This document shows positions 47,634 to 58,704 of a DNA stretch of 64,000 nt, piece after piece; the first letter of the stretch is position 1; every line of letters starts with the position of its first letter. Below the pieces are notes generated by a model that did not search any database, was not told the origin of the DNA, and saw nothing but the letters and a program-made list of their open reading frames with translations. Both the position numbers and the translations under genes were made by a program. This DNA comes from Capsulimonadaceae bacterium. Its GTDB lineage: Bacteria; Armatimonadota; Armatimonadia; Armatimonadales; Capsulimonadaceae. The DNA lies in NCBI GenBank assembly GCA_965215505.1, contig OZ244065.1:3424001-3488000 (forward strand). The letters run 5' to 3'.

Positions 47634-50564
47634 ATGATACTCACAAAAAGACTGTTTGCCGCCGCCCTCACCTTGGGCCTCGCCGCGTCTGCGCGGGCGG
47701 ACGTTTCCGGCCTCGCCGCGTTCGCGCCGGTCAACACCGCCGGCCACACCCCGGCGGCGGGCCTGAGCGGCGACGGGGCCGTCCTCACCCTCACCGACGG
47801 CGGCGCGGACGAGGCCTCCAGCGCCTTCGCCGCCCTGCCCCAGCCGGTCGCGGGCTTCCATGCCGCCTTCACCTACCAGGCCGACCGCTTCGGCGGGACG
47901 CCGCCGGGCGGGGCGGACGGGATGGCCTTCCTCCTCCACAATGACCCGCGCGGCGTCAAGGCTTTGGGCGGGGCGGGCGGCGGGGCGGGCTACGCGGCGG
48001 GCGACGGCGGAGTCGCCGTCACCCGGAGTGTGGCCTTCCGGCTGAACCTCTTCGGGGCGTCCGGCATCAGCGTCGGCACGAACGGCGCGGCAGAATCCCC
48101 CGGCGACACCCTGCCCGTGGACCTGCGGGCCGGGCACCCGGTCCGCGTCACCCTGGACTACGACGGCGCGGCGCTGACGGAGACTCTGAAGGACCTGACG
48201 ACCGGCGAGACGTTCACGGGGCAGGACGAGGTAGACGTGGCCGGGGCACTCGGCGGCCCGACCGCCCTGGTCGGCTTCGCCGGGGCCAGCGGCGCGGCGA
48301 CGGCCCGGCAGACCGTCCGTGACTTTTCCTACGAGGCCAGGCCCGCGACGGCGAAATACGTCCCGCCCGCGCCCCCCGCGCCCAAGACGCACAAGACGCT
48401 GGCCTCGTATGTGGACCCGTTCATCGGGACCGACGGCGGCGGGGACACGCTGCCCGGCGCGGGCGCACCCTTCGGCATGACCCTGTTCAGCCCGGACACG
48501 CACGCGCCCTCGGTCGGCTATGGGTGGGGGGATCACCGGATCGAGGGCTTCAGCCTGACACACATGAGCGGGGTGGGGTGCGACGACGAGGGGGACGTGT
48601 TCCTGACGGCCACGACCGGCCCGGTGAAAACGCAGGTGGCGGATTACTCGTCCCCGTTCAGCCACAAGCGCGAGTCGGCGGGGACGGGGTACTACGCGGT
48701 CAACTTGCGCCGCTGGGGCGTGGACGCCGAGCTGACGGCGACCGAGCGAACCGGCCTGGTCCGCTTCACCTTCCCCGCCGGGCAGGCAGGCAACATCTTG
48801 ATCCCCCTCAGCCACACCCTGACACGGGCCGAGCGCGCGGAGATCCATGTCGTGGACGCAGGCACCGTGGAAGGGTCGGTGCGGAGCCAGGCCTTCTGCG
48901 GCGCGGGCCAGTTCTACACCACCTATTTTGTCCTGAAGCTGGACCGGCCCTGCCAAGCGTCCGGCACGTTCACGGGCGACGCGGCGGCGGCGGGCGGCAC
49001 GGGTGCGGCCCAGGACGGCCCGAAAGCGCCCGCCGTCGGCGCTTATCTTAGCTTCCCCACGTCCGAAAAGCCGTTCACCGTCACCGCCCGCGTCGGCATC
49101 TCCTATGTGGACCTGGACGGCGCGCGGCGCAACTTGGCGCAGGAGGTGGGGAGCAAGGGCTTCGACCAGGTGAGAAAGGCGACGGAGGCTTCATGGGAGA
49201 AGGAACTCCATAAGATCGAGGTTTCGGGCGGCACGGCCGACCAGCGGACGGTCTTCTACACCAGCCTGTACCACTGCTTCCTGATGCCCAGCGTCTTCAG
49301 CGACACCGACGGCCGGTATCTCGGCTTCGACAATGTTATCCACAGGACAAGGCCCGGACACCCCATCTACGCCGACTATTCCGGGTGGGACATCTACCGG
49401 ACCGAGGCCCCGCTGCTGACCCTCATCGAGCCGCAGCGGATGCAGGACATGTGCCAGAGCATCAGCCTGATGTACCAGCAAGGGGGGTGGATAGACCGCT
49501 GGCCGCAGGCGAACGTCTACACCAACGTCATGTGCGGCAGCCCCCTGACGACCGTGGCCGCGACCGCCTGGAACGCGGGCCTGCACGGCTTCGACATGGC
49601 CGCCCTTTACCCCGGCATGGTACTCGACGCCACCCGGCCCGCGCCGCCCGGCAAACCATATCAGGGGGAGTCCAATGTGCAGTACATGGACACGTTGGGC
49701 TACATCCCCGACGACAAGGAGGGCTACGGCTCGGTCTCGCAGACCGAGGAAGACTGCCTCGCGTATGCTTCTTTGGCCTCCGTCGCCGCCTCGCTGGGCA
49801 AGACGGCGGACGCCGCCTTTTTCGCCAAGCGCGCCAAACTCTACCGGAACCTGTTCGACCCCGAAACCAGGTTCCTGCGCCCCAGGCTGGCCGACGGGAC
49901 GTGGTATGGTCCGTTCGACCCGGCCAAAGAACACGGCTACGTCGAGGGCACGGGCTGGCACTACCGCTGGCTGGCGATGCAGGACATGGCGGGCCTGATC
50001 GGCCTGTTCGGCGGCGACGGGCCGTTTAACGCCGAGTTGGACAAGTTCTTCGCCTACGCCCACCCCACCTGGACCGGCCAGTTCTATAACCCCTATAACG
50101 AGACGGACTTGCAGGCCCCGTTCCTCTACGACTACTCGGGCGCACCCTGGAAGACGCAGGCCCGAGTCCGCGAATTGCTGGCCGACGCCTACGGCACGAC
50201 GCCGTCTGGCATCCCCGGCAACGACGACTGCGGCACCATGTCCGCGTGGTACGTCTTCGCCGCCCTGGGCCTGTACCCGACCGACCCCGCCCGGCCCGCC
50301 TATGAGCTGTGCGCGCCCCTGTTCCCGCGCGCCGTCGTGCATCTGGACGCGCCGTACCCGATTCGGCAGTTCACCGTGGAAGCCCCAGACGCCTCGGCCA
50401 CGAACCTCTACATGCGCGGCCTGCGCGTCGGCGACAAGGCCTGGGGGAAGCCGTGGCTGACGCACGCCGACATCGCGCGCGGCGGCACGCTGCATTATCA
50501 GCTAGGGCCGGAGCCGGACAAGGGTTGGGGGGCGGGGAAGGGGGAGAGGCCGCCGTCGCTGTGA
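47634..50564 (+). CDS. GH92 alpha-mannosidase with N-terminal L-type lectin-like domain
   Basis: GADGMAF lectin motif; YVDPFIGT, THMSGVGC, GWDIYR and PGNDDCGTMSAWY. Confidence 0.93.
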   Translation: MILTKRLFAAALTLGLAASARADVSGLAAFAPVNTAGHTPAAGLSGDGAVLTLTDGGADEASSAFAALPQPVAGFHAAFTYQADRFGGTPPGGADGMAFLLHNDPRGVKALGGAGGGAGYAAGDGGVAVTRSVAFRLNLFGASGISVGTNGAAESPGDTLPVDLRAGHPVRVTLDYDGAALTETLKDLTTGETFTGQDEVDVAGALGGPTALVGFAGASGAATARQTVRDFSYEARPATAKYVPPAPPAPKTHKTLASYVDPFIGTDGGGDTLPGAGAPFGMTLFSPDTHAPSVGYGWGDHRIEGFSLTHMSGVGCDDEGDVFLTATTGPVKTQVADYSSPFSHKRESAGTGYYAVNLRRWGVDAELTATERTGLVRFTFPAGQAGNILIPLSHTLTRAERAEIHVVDAGTVEGSVRSQAFCGAGQFYTTYFVLKLDRPCQASGTFTGDAAAAGGTGAAQDGPKAPAVGAYLSFPTSEKPFTVTARVGISYVDLDGARRNLAQEVGSKGFDQVRKATEASWEKELHKIEVSGGTADQRTVFYTSLYHCFLMPSVFSDTDGRYLGFDNVIHRTRPGHPIYADYSGWDIYRTEAPLLTLIEPQRMQDMCQSISLMYQQGGWIDRWPQANVYTNVMCGSPLTTVAATAWNAGLHGFDMAALYPGMVLDATRPAPPGKPYQGESNVQYMDTLGYIPDDKEGYGSVSQTEEDCLAYASLASVAASLGKTADAAFFAKRAKLYRNLFDPETRFLRPRLADGTWYGPFDPAKEHGYVEGTGWHYRWLAMQDMAGLIGLFGGDGPFNAELDKFFAYAHPTWTGQFYNPYNETDLQAPFLYDYSGAPWKTQARVRELLADAYGTTPSGIPGNDDCGTMSAWYVFAALGLYPTDPARPAYELCAPLFPRAVVHLDAPYPIRQFTVEAPDASATNLYMRGLRVGDKAWGKPWLTHADIARGGTLHYQLGPEPDKGWGAGKGERPPSL

Positions 50565-50579
50565 TCCTCCCCCCCGGCC

Positions 50580-51179
50580 TCACAGCCCCCGGCTCATCTG
50601 GAGGCCCATGCCCTGACCGTCGGGCGTGATGAACGGGGCGAGCAGCAGCCCGCGCGGCTGGGACATCTCCAGGCGGGCCGTGCCGAAGCCCAGGGCGGCC
50701 CCCGCCGCCACGTCGCCGACGGTGTGCCGGTGCAGGCGGACGCGCGAGTAGGAGATCAGGGCCGCGCCCAGATACCAGAGCGGGGCCTGGTGCGGGTGCA
50801 GCCCGGCCTCGACGGTGGCGACGGAGAAGGCGGCCGTGGCGTGGCCGCTGGGGAAGCTGTCGTGGGCGTTGGAGTCGGGCCGCTTCTCGCGGACCAGGTT
50901 CTTCAGCCCTTCGGAGAGGATGACGCTCGTGCCCAGGGCGTCCAGGGCGCGCAGGGCGTGGTTTTTGCCGTCGTGGCCGTCCGAGAGCAGGGGCAGGCCG
51001 ACGCCCGCCGCCAGGAAGAGGATGTTGCCCGCCCCCGAGCCGAAGTCGGAGGCCTTGCGGGCGGGCGACTCGGCCCGCGCGGGCGCGGAGAAGGTGAGGG
51101 CGGAGAGCGCCAGCGCGGCGAGGCCCGCCGAGGCCAGGGCGGACGGGCGCCGGGCGTGGAGGCTAGAGGTGTGTGTCAT
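50580..51179 (-). CDS. PAP2 family phosphatase
   Basis: K-x6-RP, SFPSGH and SRV-x3-H-x3-D motifs. Confidence 0.92.
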   Translation of the reverse strand: MTHTSSLHARRPSALASAGLAALALSALTFSAPARAESPARKASDFGSGAGNILFLAAGVGLPLLSDGHDGKNHALRALDALGTSVILSEGLKNLVREKRPDSNAHDSFPSGHATAAFSVATVEAGLHPHQAPLWYLGAALISYSRVRLHRHTVGDVAAGAALGFGTARLEMSQPRGLLLAPFITPDGQGMGLQMSRGL

Positions 51180-51254
51180 GCGCCCCCGTTCGGCGGGCCG
51201 GGGGCGGATTCCTGCGTCGGGGTATTCAGCGGCGTGTCCGGCGGCGGGGCCGGT

Positions 51255-51710
51255 CTAGGTCGCCGCCGTCGGCTCGACCTTCCCGCCGCGCCCTTCCACC
51301 GTGTTGCGGATAGACTCCAGGGAGGCGATCAGGCCCTCCCGGATCGTCTTGTCGCGGTCGCCGGTCTGCGCGTCCATGCGCTCGGACTGCTCGGGCTTCG
51401 GCTGGAAGTTCAGGTGGACCGTCACCTCGCACTCGTCCTCCACGCCGTCGATCTCCAGCCAGCCGTCGTAGCGGTTCTCGCCATCCGACCCCCACTCCAC
51501 GCGCCCGTTCGGCGCGTCGGTGCGGAAATAGCCGTCGGAGTCATACTTGTGGCCCCCCGCCTCCCCCTGGACGCGGACGCGCCCGCCGGGCAGGGCCTCG
51601 GCTTTGTGGGTGGTGGGCAGGTACTCGGGCAGGCGCGCGACATCGGAGACGAAGGCGAAGACGGCCTCGGGGGAGGCCAGAACGGTCAGGGAATGTTCGT
51701 ATTCGGGCAT
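51255..51710 (-). CDS. SRPBCC family protein
   Basis: ASPEAVFAFVSDVARLPEYLP. Confidence 0.82.
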   Translation of the reverse strand: MPEYEHSLTVLASPEAVFAFVSDVARLPEYLPTTHKAEALPGGRVRVQGEAGGHKYDSDGYFRTDAPNGRVEWGSDGENRYDGWLEIDGVEDECEVTVHLNFQPKPEQSERMDAQTGDRDKTIREGLIASLESIRNTVEGRGGKVEPTAAT

Positions 51711-51973
51711 GGGGTGGGCCTTTCTAGGGCGGGGAGAACAGGTTTTGGATTGGGAGAACGATAGCCCCTTCTTCCCGGCGGGGGGTGGAGGGTAAACGCG
51801 GGGCGGGCGCGGAAACCCAGATGTGGAGCGTCCAGTCCGTCCGCCCCGGCGCGAGGACGCACCCGGCCCTTCAGGGCCGGGATCTGGTGGGCCGGGACCC
51901 ACACGCCGGGCTAGGCTTTTGCGGCAAGTCTAGTGTATAATATGCCTAGCAAAGAGCAAAGGAAACCCGACCC

Positions 51974-52873
51974 ATGCCCGCAGTCCTGGACCGACCCGCC
52001 GCCGCAGCGGCTTCCGAGACGGCTTCCGAAACGGACGCCCTCACTCCCGCCAATGCCGGCCTGACGCCCGGCCGGAAGGCGCAGTTCGAGCGGGACGGCT
52101 ACCTGGTCCTGCGCGGCCTGTTCTCGCCCGCCGAGGCCGCAGCCTTCCGCGACGCCTTCATGCGGGCCAACGCCGGCGGCCCCGTGCCGGGCCTGTCGGC
52201 CATCGGCGAGGGCGTCGCCAGCCCGTCCGACCCGCTCGCCTTCTACCCGCGCATGATGAACCCGCACCTCCAGCCCGCCCGCGAGGTCGGCGCACTGGCG
52301 CGCGGCTTCCTGCTCGACCCGCGCCTCGAACCCGTCCTGACCGCCCTGCTCGGCGAGGAGCCGCTGGGCGTCCAGACCATGTTCTACTTCAAGCCCGCCG
52401 GGGCGCGCGGCCAGGAATTGCACCAGGACAACTTCTATCTGCGCGTCAAGCCGGGCACCTGCCTGGCTGCCTGGCTCGCCGTGGACGACGTGGACGCCGG
52501 GAACGGCGGCATGAAGGTGGTGCCCGGCTCGCACCATGAGGCCGTCGCCTGCCCGCAGCAGGCCGACCCGGCCGTCTCGTTCACCGCCGACTATGTGCCC
52601 GTGCCCGAGGGCATGGAGGCCGTGCCGTGCGACATGAAGGCGGGGGACGTGCTGTTCTTCAACGGGTCGCTCATCCACGGCTCGACCCCCAACACGTCCG
52701 CCGACCGGTTCCGGTGTTCCCTGATCGCCCACTACGTCCCGCGCCACTCCCAGGAGCTTTCGGATTGGTACAGGTCGCCGCTCACCTTCGGCGGCGAGGC
52801 GGTGGAGATCCCCCTGGCGACCGGCGGCGGCCCGTGCGGCACGGGCCAGGCGGGGGCGATGGCACCGCACTGA
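51974..52873 (+). CDS. Phytanoyl-CoA dioxygenase family protein
   Basis: FERDGY, HQD, VPGSH, GDVLFF and HGS..N...R motifs. Confidence 0.93.
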   Translation: MPAVLDRPAAAAASETASETDALTPANAGLTPGRKAQFERDGYLVLRGLFSPAEAAAFRDAFMRANAGGPVPGLSAIGEGVASPSDPLAFYPRMMNPHLQPAREVGALARGFLLDPRLEPVLTALLGEEPLGVQTMFYFKPAGARGQELHQDNFYLRVKPGTCLAAWLAVDDVDAGNGGMKVVPGSHHEAVACPQQADPAVSFTADYVPVPEGMEAVPCDMKAGDVLFFNGSLIHGSTPNTSADRFRCSLIAHYVPRHSQELSDWYRSPLTFGGEAVEIPLATGGGPCGTGQAGAMAPH

Positions 52874-53240
52874 CCCGTTGATGCCGGCACAAAAGCGCAC
52901 GAGGCGGGCCACCCCACAGGGGCGGCCCGCCTCCGTATGTTCCCCCCCTCACAACCGCCTGGGAAGCGTGCCGCTGCTTTGGGGCCGTCCCAAAAAATAA
53001 AAACGAAAAGTATATGACCCTACCGACTTTTCATGGAATAATCGTTTCTTCTGTGCTATAATCCCTCCATCATCTTCTGACCGCGTGATGGGCACTGCCG
53101 CTCTTCCTCATGCACCCCTGGTGCCCTGCATCGCCGCAGGCTGACCCTTTCTCAGACTGTCACTGCCCAACAACCTTTGAAGCGCTCCGCTTCCGGCATC
53201 CGACGAGGATGACTTGCCCACAAGAAAGATCACACGTCAC

Positions 53241-54044
53241 ATGTTCAAGAAAGTGCTCTCGGCCGCTGCTCTGCTCCTGCTCGCAGGCTCTGCGGCTCAC
53301 GCTCAAACCCTCGTCTTTGACAATCTCTCGAACTTCGAGAACGGCGTCACGGGTGCCACTGGAACTTCGACTGCCTCGACCCCAAACACATTCATGGGTG
53401 ATGGGTACAACCTGCTCAGCGGGACGACGGACATCACCGGGTTCGATGTCGCTCCCGTCAACTTCACGGGCAGCACTTTGACCGGCGTGAAAGGCACGAT
53501 CTACGTCTGGGGCACTGTGAACACAACAGGCACCGTCAGCGCGACTACCCCGGCCTTCAGCAACCTTCTGGCAAGCTACACGTTCACCAGCACGGGCGGT
53601 ACTTTCACTAATGGCAGTTATGAAGTCTTTCAGAGTGGCTCGCCGGGTCCCACCCCAGGCATCACTCTGGCGACACCACTGGCGCTCGCCAGCAACACCA
53701 TCGGAGTGACGATGTCCTACCAGGGCACGACCGATGGGATCAACTACGCTACCATCAACAGCCTGAGCCCACTGATTACTACCGGGACAGCTCCCACGGT
53801 GGGGTCTAATGTGTTCAACGGCTACTACCGGAACGCCAACTCGGAGACCAACGGCAACTTCACCTCAAGCATACGGTCGTTAGGTCTCACCAACCAGAGC
53901 CTGGCGCTGCGGGTCTACGGCGACGTGGCCCCGACCCCCACGCCCGAGGCCTCCACGACCGTCAGCCTCGGCCTGATGCTTGCCCTGGGCATGGGCGGCC
54001 TGGTCGTAGCCGCCAAGCGCAAGAAGGCAAGCGCCAAGGCATAA
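53241..54044 (+). CDS. PEP-CTERM-like surface protein (TPEAS variant)
   Basis: Signal peptide, Thr/Ser-rich body, TPEASTTVSLGLMLALGMGG..KRKK. Confidence 0.85.
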   Translation: MFKKVLSAAALLLLAGSAAHAQTLVFDNLSNFENGVTGATGTSTASTPNTFMGDGYNLLSGTTDITGFDVAPVNFTGSTLTGVKGTIYVWGTVNTTGTVSATTPAFSNLLASYTFTSTGGTFTNGSYEVFQSGSPGPTPGITLATPLALASNTIGVTMSYQGTTDGINYATINSLSPLITTGTAPTVGSNVFNGYYRNANSETNGNFTSSIRSLGLTNQSLALRVYGDVAPTPTPEASTTVSLGLMLALGMGGLVVAAKRKKASAKA

Positions 54045-54087
54045 GCACGGGCATACGCCTGCGGGGGGAACGCCTCCAAACCATATC

Positions 54088-54118
54088 GGCCCCGCTTCGG
54101 AAGAAGCGGGGCCTTTTT
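54088..54118 (+). terminator. Intrinsic terminator
   Basis: GGCCCCGCTTC-GGAA-GAAGCGGGGCC-TTTTT. Confidence 0.85.
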
Positions 54119-54159
54119 GGCGTGGCTGTGGGTACGGCGCAAGGATGAAGGCGCGGATA

Positions 54160-54462
54160 GGTCGCCCGCTTCGGGACTTCGGATGATGCCGCCGGATAAC
54201 GCTATCCGGGCCGCGTAGAGGCACCGCTTGCCGCGCCCTCTTTGTCTTGCCGCGCTCCCAATGGGGGGCAGGGGATTGAAGAGGGCGGGGGGATTGAAGA
54301 GGGCGGGGGACCCCGCCCCTACGGGGCCCGAATGATGCCTCCCTTGTAGGGGTCGGGTCCCCCGACCCTCTTTCCCCGATCCTCCTTCCGACATCACCCT
54401 TCCCTTCGGCCTGGCCCCTCCGAAGCCCCGGCGGGTCCTGCGCCCCGGCGGGTCCTGCGCCC
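54160..54462. repeat. REP mosaic: three GTAG-type REPs, family C fragments and short tandem duplications
   Basis: GTAG/CTAC palindromes at 54215, 54300 and 54346; CGGCGGGTCCTGCGCCC x2. Confidence 0.75.
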
Positions 54463-54490
54463 AGACGGGAACGGCCTGACGTCAGTCCTC

Positions 54491-55294
<804 letters not shown>

Positions 55295-55349
55295 GTGTGT
55301 TTCTCCTGGTGTTCTCCTGAACCCACCCCGCGACAAGTCGCGGGGTGGG

Positions 55350-56612
<1,263 letters not shown>

Positions 56613-56754
56613 TTATTGCGAGAAAGGCTAGACAAGAGATGCGATCGGCAGTACCCCCCTCCAGTTTCCCCCAGGCGGCCACGCCCGCCGCGCCGTTCGT
56701 CACCGGGCCGTTCGTCACCGGGCCGTTCGTCACCGGAAAAGGGAGGAGTTCCTG

Positions 56755-57486
56755 ATGCTGCTCCCTCTGTTCCTCGCCCTCTTCTCCCATTCCAAGCCGG
56801 TCACCCACCGGCTCCCTTCCTCCAGTCCTTCTTCCCACCGGCTGTCCGCCCACGCCGGACGCCACAAGGTAGCCCGGCGGGTCGAGACGGCGGTGAAAGG
56901 CGACATCCAGTTTGTGATGATCGCCCCGCCCTCCCAGTTCGGCCACCCGGCCCCGAACGCCGGCCAGCCCACCGCCCCGAACGCCCACCTTTCCCCGCCC
57001 CGGCGGCTGATGCCGCTGACGGCCACGCTGCGGCTGGACACGCGGGCGCTGGAGGAGACGGAGGAGGCGGACCTGATCGCGGCCATCAACAACGAGCGCA
57101 CCCGGCGCGGCCTCGGGCCGCTGGCCGAGGACCCGCTGCTGAACGTCACCGCCCGCACCCACTCGCGCGAGATGTGTTCCCTGGGCTACTTCGACCACGT
57201 CTCGCCCACGTCGGGCAGTCAGACTCCCCTGGACCGCTATCTTGCCGGCCTGCGGGCGTGGGGCGAGGGCAAGCCCGAGGCCGCCCTGGTCGGCGAGAAC
57301 ATCTTCTTCGCCAGCGCCACCGACGCCGTCTACAACGCCTCCTACGCCCACGCCAGCCTGATGAACAGCCCCGGCCACCGCGCGAACATCCTGGAAAAAC
57401 GCTTCACCAAAGTCGGCGTCGGCCTGTACCGTGACAGCCAGGGCCGCTTCTGGGTGACGGAGATGTTCCTGCGCGACATGGAATAG
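56755..57486 (+). CDS. CAP (SCP) domain protein
   Basis: INNER, HSREM, YFDH, GENI, MNSPGHRANIL and VGVG motifs. Confidence 0.92.
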   Translation: MLLPLFLALFSHSKPVTHRLPSSSPSSHRLSAHAGRHKVARRVETAVKGDIQFVMIAPPSQFGHPAPNAGQPTAPNAHLSPPRRLMPLTATLRLDTRALEETEEADLIAAINNERTRRGLGPLAEDPLLNVTARTHSREMCSLGYFDHVSPTSGSQTPLDRYLAGLRAWGEGKPEAALVGENIFFASATDAVYNASYAHASLMNSPGHRANILEKRFTKVGVGLYRDSQGRFWVTEMFLRDME

Positions 57487-57579
57487 GGAGGGCAAGAGAA
57501 AACCCCTGGGGATGAACTCGGGGTTCGTTCCCAGGGGCTTTCCGGCCGTCTCAGGCGGGGAGGTCGCGCAGCCGCAGGC

Positions 57580-57771
57580 CTAAAACCTTTTGGTATACTT
57601 GGCGCCGGGGTATCCCCCCGTCGGCGGGTTCGGGGGTAGGGCCGACACGGGGAGCGGCGGGGCCGACGGCGGGGGGGCAAGGAAGAGCTTGTAGCCTACG
57701 ATGATGATGAGGAGCAGCACGACCCCGCCGATGGCGAGCGCCACGGGCATGTTGATCTCTTTGTTGTTCAT
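57580..57771 (-). CDS. Small single-TM protein (63 aa)
   Basis: AAGGA RBS, hydrophobic helix, Pro-rich tail. Confidence 0.65.
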   Translation of the reverse strand: MNNKEINMPVALAIGGVVLLLIIIVGYKLFLAPPPSAPPLPVSALPPNPPTGGYPGAKYTKRF

Positions 57772-57998
57772 GTTTGTTTGTCCTTCGTGTTCTTTTCGTT
57801 CGCGCGCTGTGCCCGCCGGTGCGTGGCACGGACCGGGCGGCGCGGCTATGCGGAGGGAATGATGTTCGGGGGCGTGTCTCCTTTCTATCAGCGCCGCCCC
57901 GCCGGGGCCGGAGGTCCTTGGACACCGGGACTGGAAGGCCCTGGACATTGGTTTGCGAACATGATAACACGAACATTCCGGACCTGTCAACACTGCCC

Positions 57999-58592
57999 AT
58001 GATTTCCCTCCGCCGCGCCACGCCTGGAGACCTGCCCGCGCTGCAAATCCTGATTCCCCAGTCGGTACGTGCCCTCAGCCGGGGCTATTACACTGAAAGG
58101 CAGGTGGAGAGCGCCCTGCGCTACGTCTTCGGGGTAGATACGCAGCTCATCGCCGACGGGACCTACTTCGTCGCCGAGGCGGACGGCGAGGTCGCCGGGT
58201 GCGGCGGGTGGAGCCGGCGGCGGACTTTGTACGGCGGGGACCAAAACAAGGCCGCCGATCAGGAGCCGGGCGCGGACGACCTGCTCGACCCGGCCCGCGA
58301 CCCCGCCCGCATCCGCGCCTTCTTCGTCCACCCGGATCGGGCGCGGCGCGGCGTCGGCACACTCCTCCTGGACGCCTGCATCGGGGCCGCCCGCGGGGCC
58401 GGGTTCGACCGCCTGGAGCTGATGGCGACCCTGCCCGGCGTGGCCCTGTACCGCAGGGCGGGGTTCACCGTGATCGAACACGTCGCGCCGGTCCTACCGG
58501 ACGGCGTCGCCGTCCCGTTCGCCCGCATGGGGCGGGCGCTTGCGGGGCCGGACGAACAAAGGGGTTGCGTTCTGGAACGAACCGTGGAATAA
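57999..58592 (+). CDS. GNAT acetyltransferase
   Basis: GCGGWS, IRAFFVHPD and ARRGVG motifs. Confidence 0.9.
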   Translation: MISLRRATPGDLPALQILIPQSVRALSRGYYTERQVESALRYVFGVDTQLIADGTYFVAEADGEVAGCGGWSRRRTLYGGDQNKAADQEPGADDLLDPARDPARIRAFFVHPDRARRGVGTLLLDACIGAARGAGFDRLELMATLPGVALYRRAGFTVIEHVAPVLPDGVAVPFARMGRALAGPDEQRGCVLERTVE

Positions 58593-58704
58593 TGCTGTTA
58601 GGAAAGCCGGGCCGGCGACCTCCGTACCGGCTGCTCCGCGATGTGCCTCTCTTTCTCTCACCCTTGCGCCGCGCGCAGACATCGAAAGGACCCGTAGTAC
58701 CCTC

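Noticed and set aside
55322-55349. Perfect hairpin CCCACCCCGCGAC-AA-GTCGCGGGGTGGG as a new element
   Set aside because: Single copy in the window and no U tract; cannot be told apart from a stabilising stem or lone REP.
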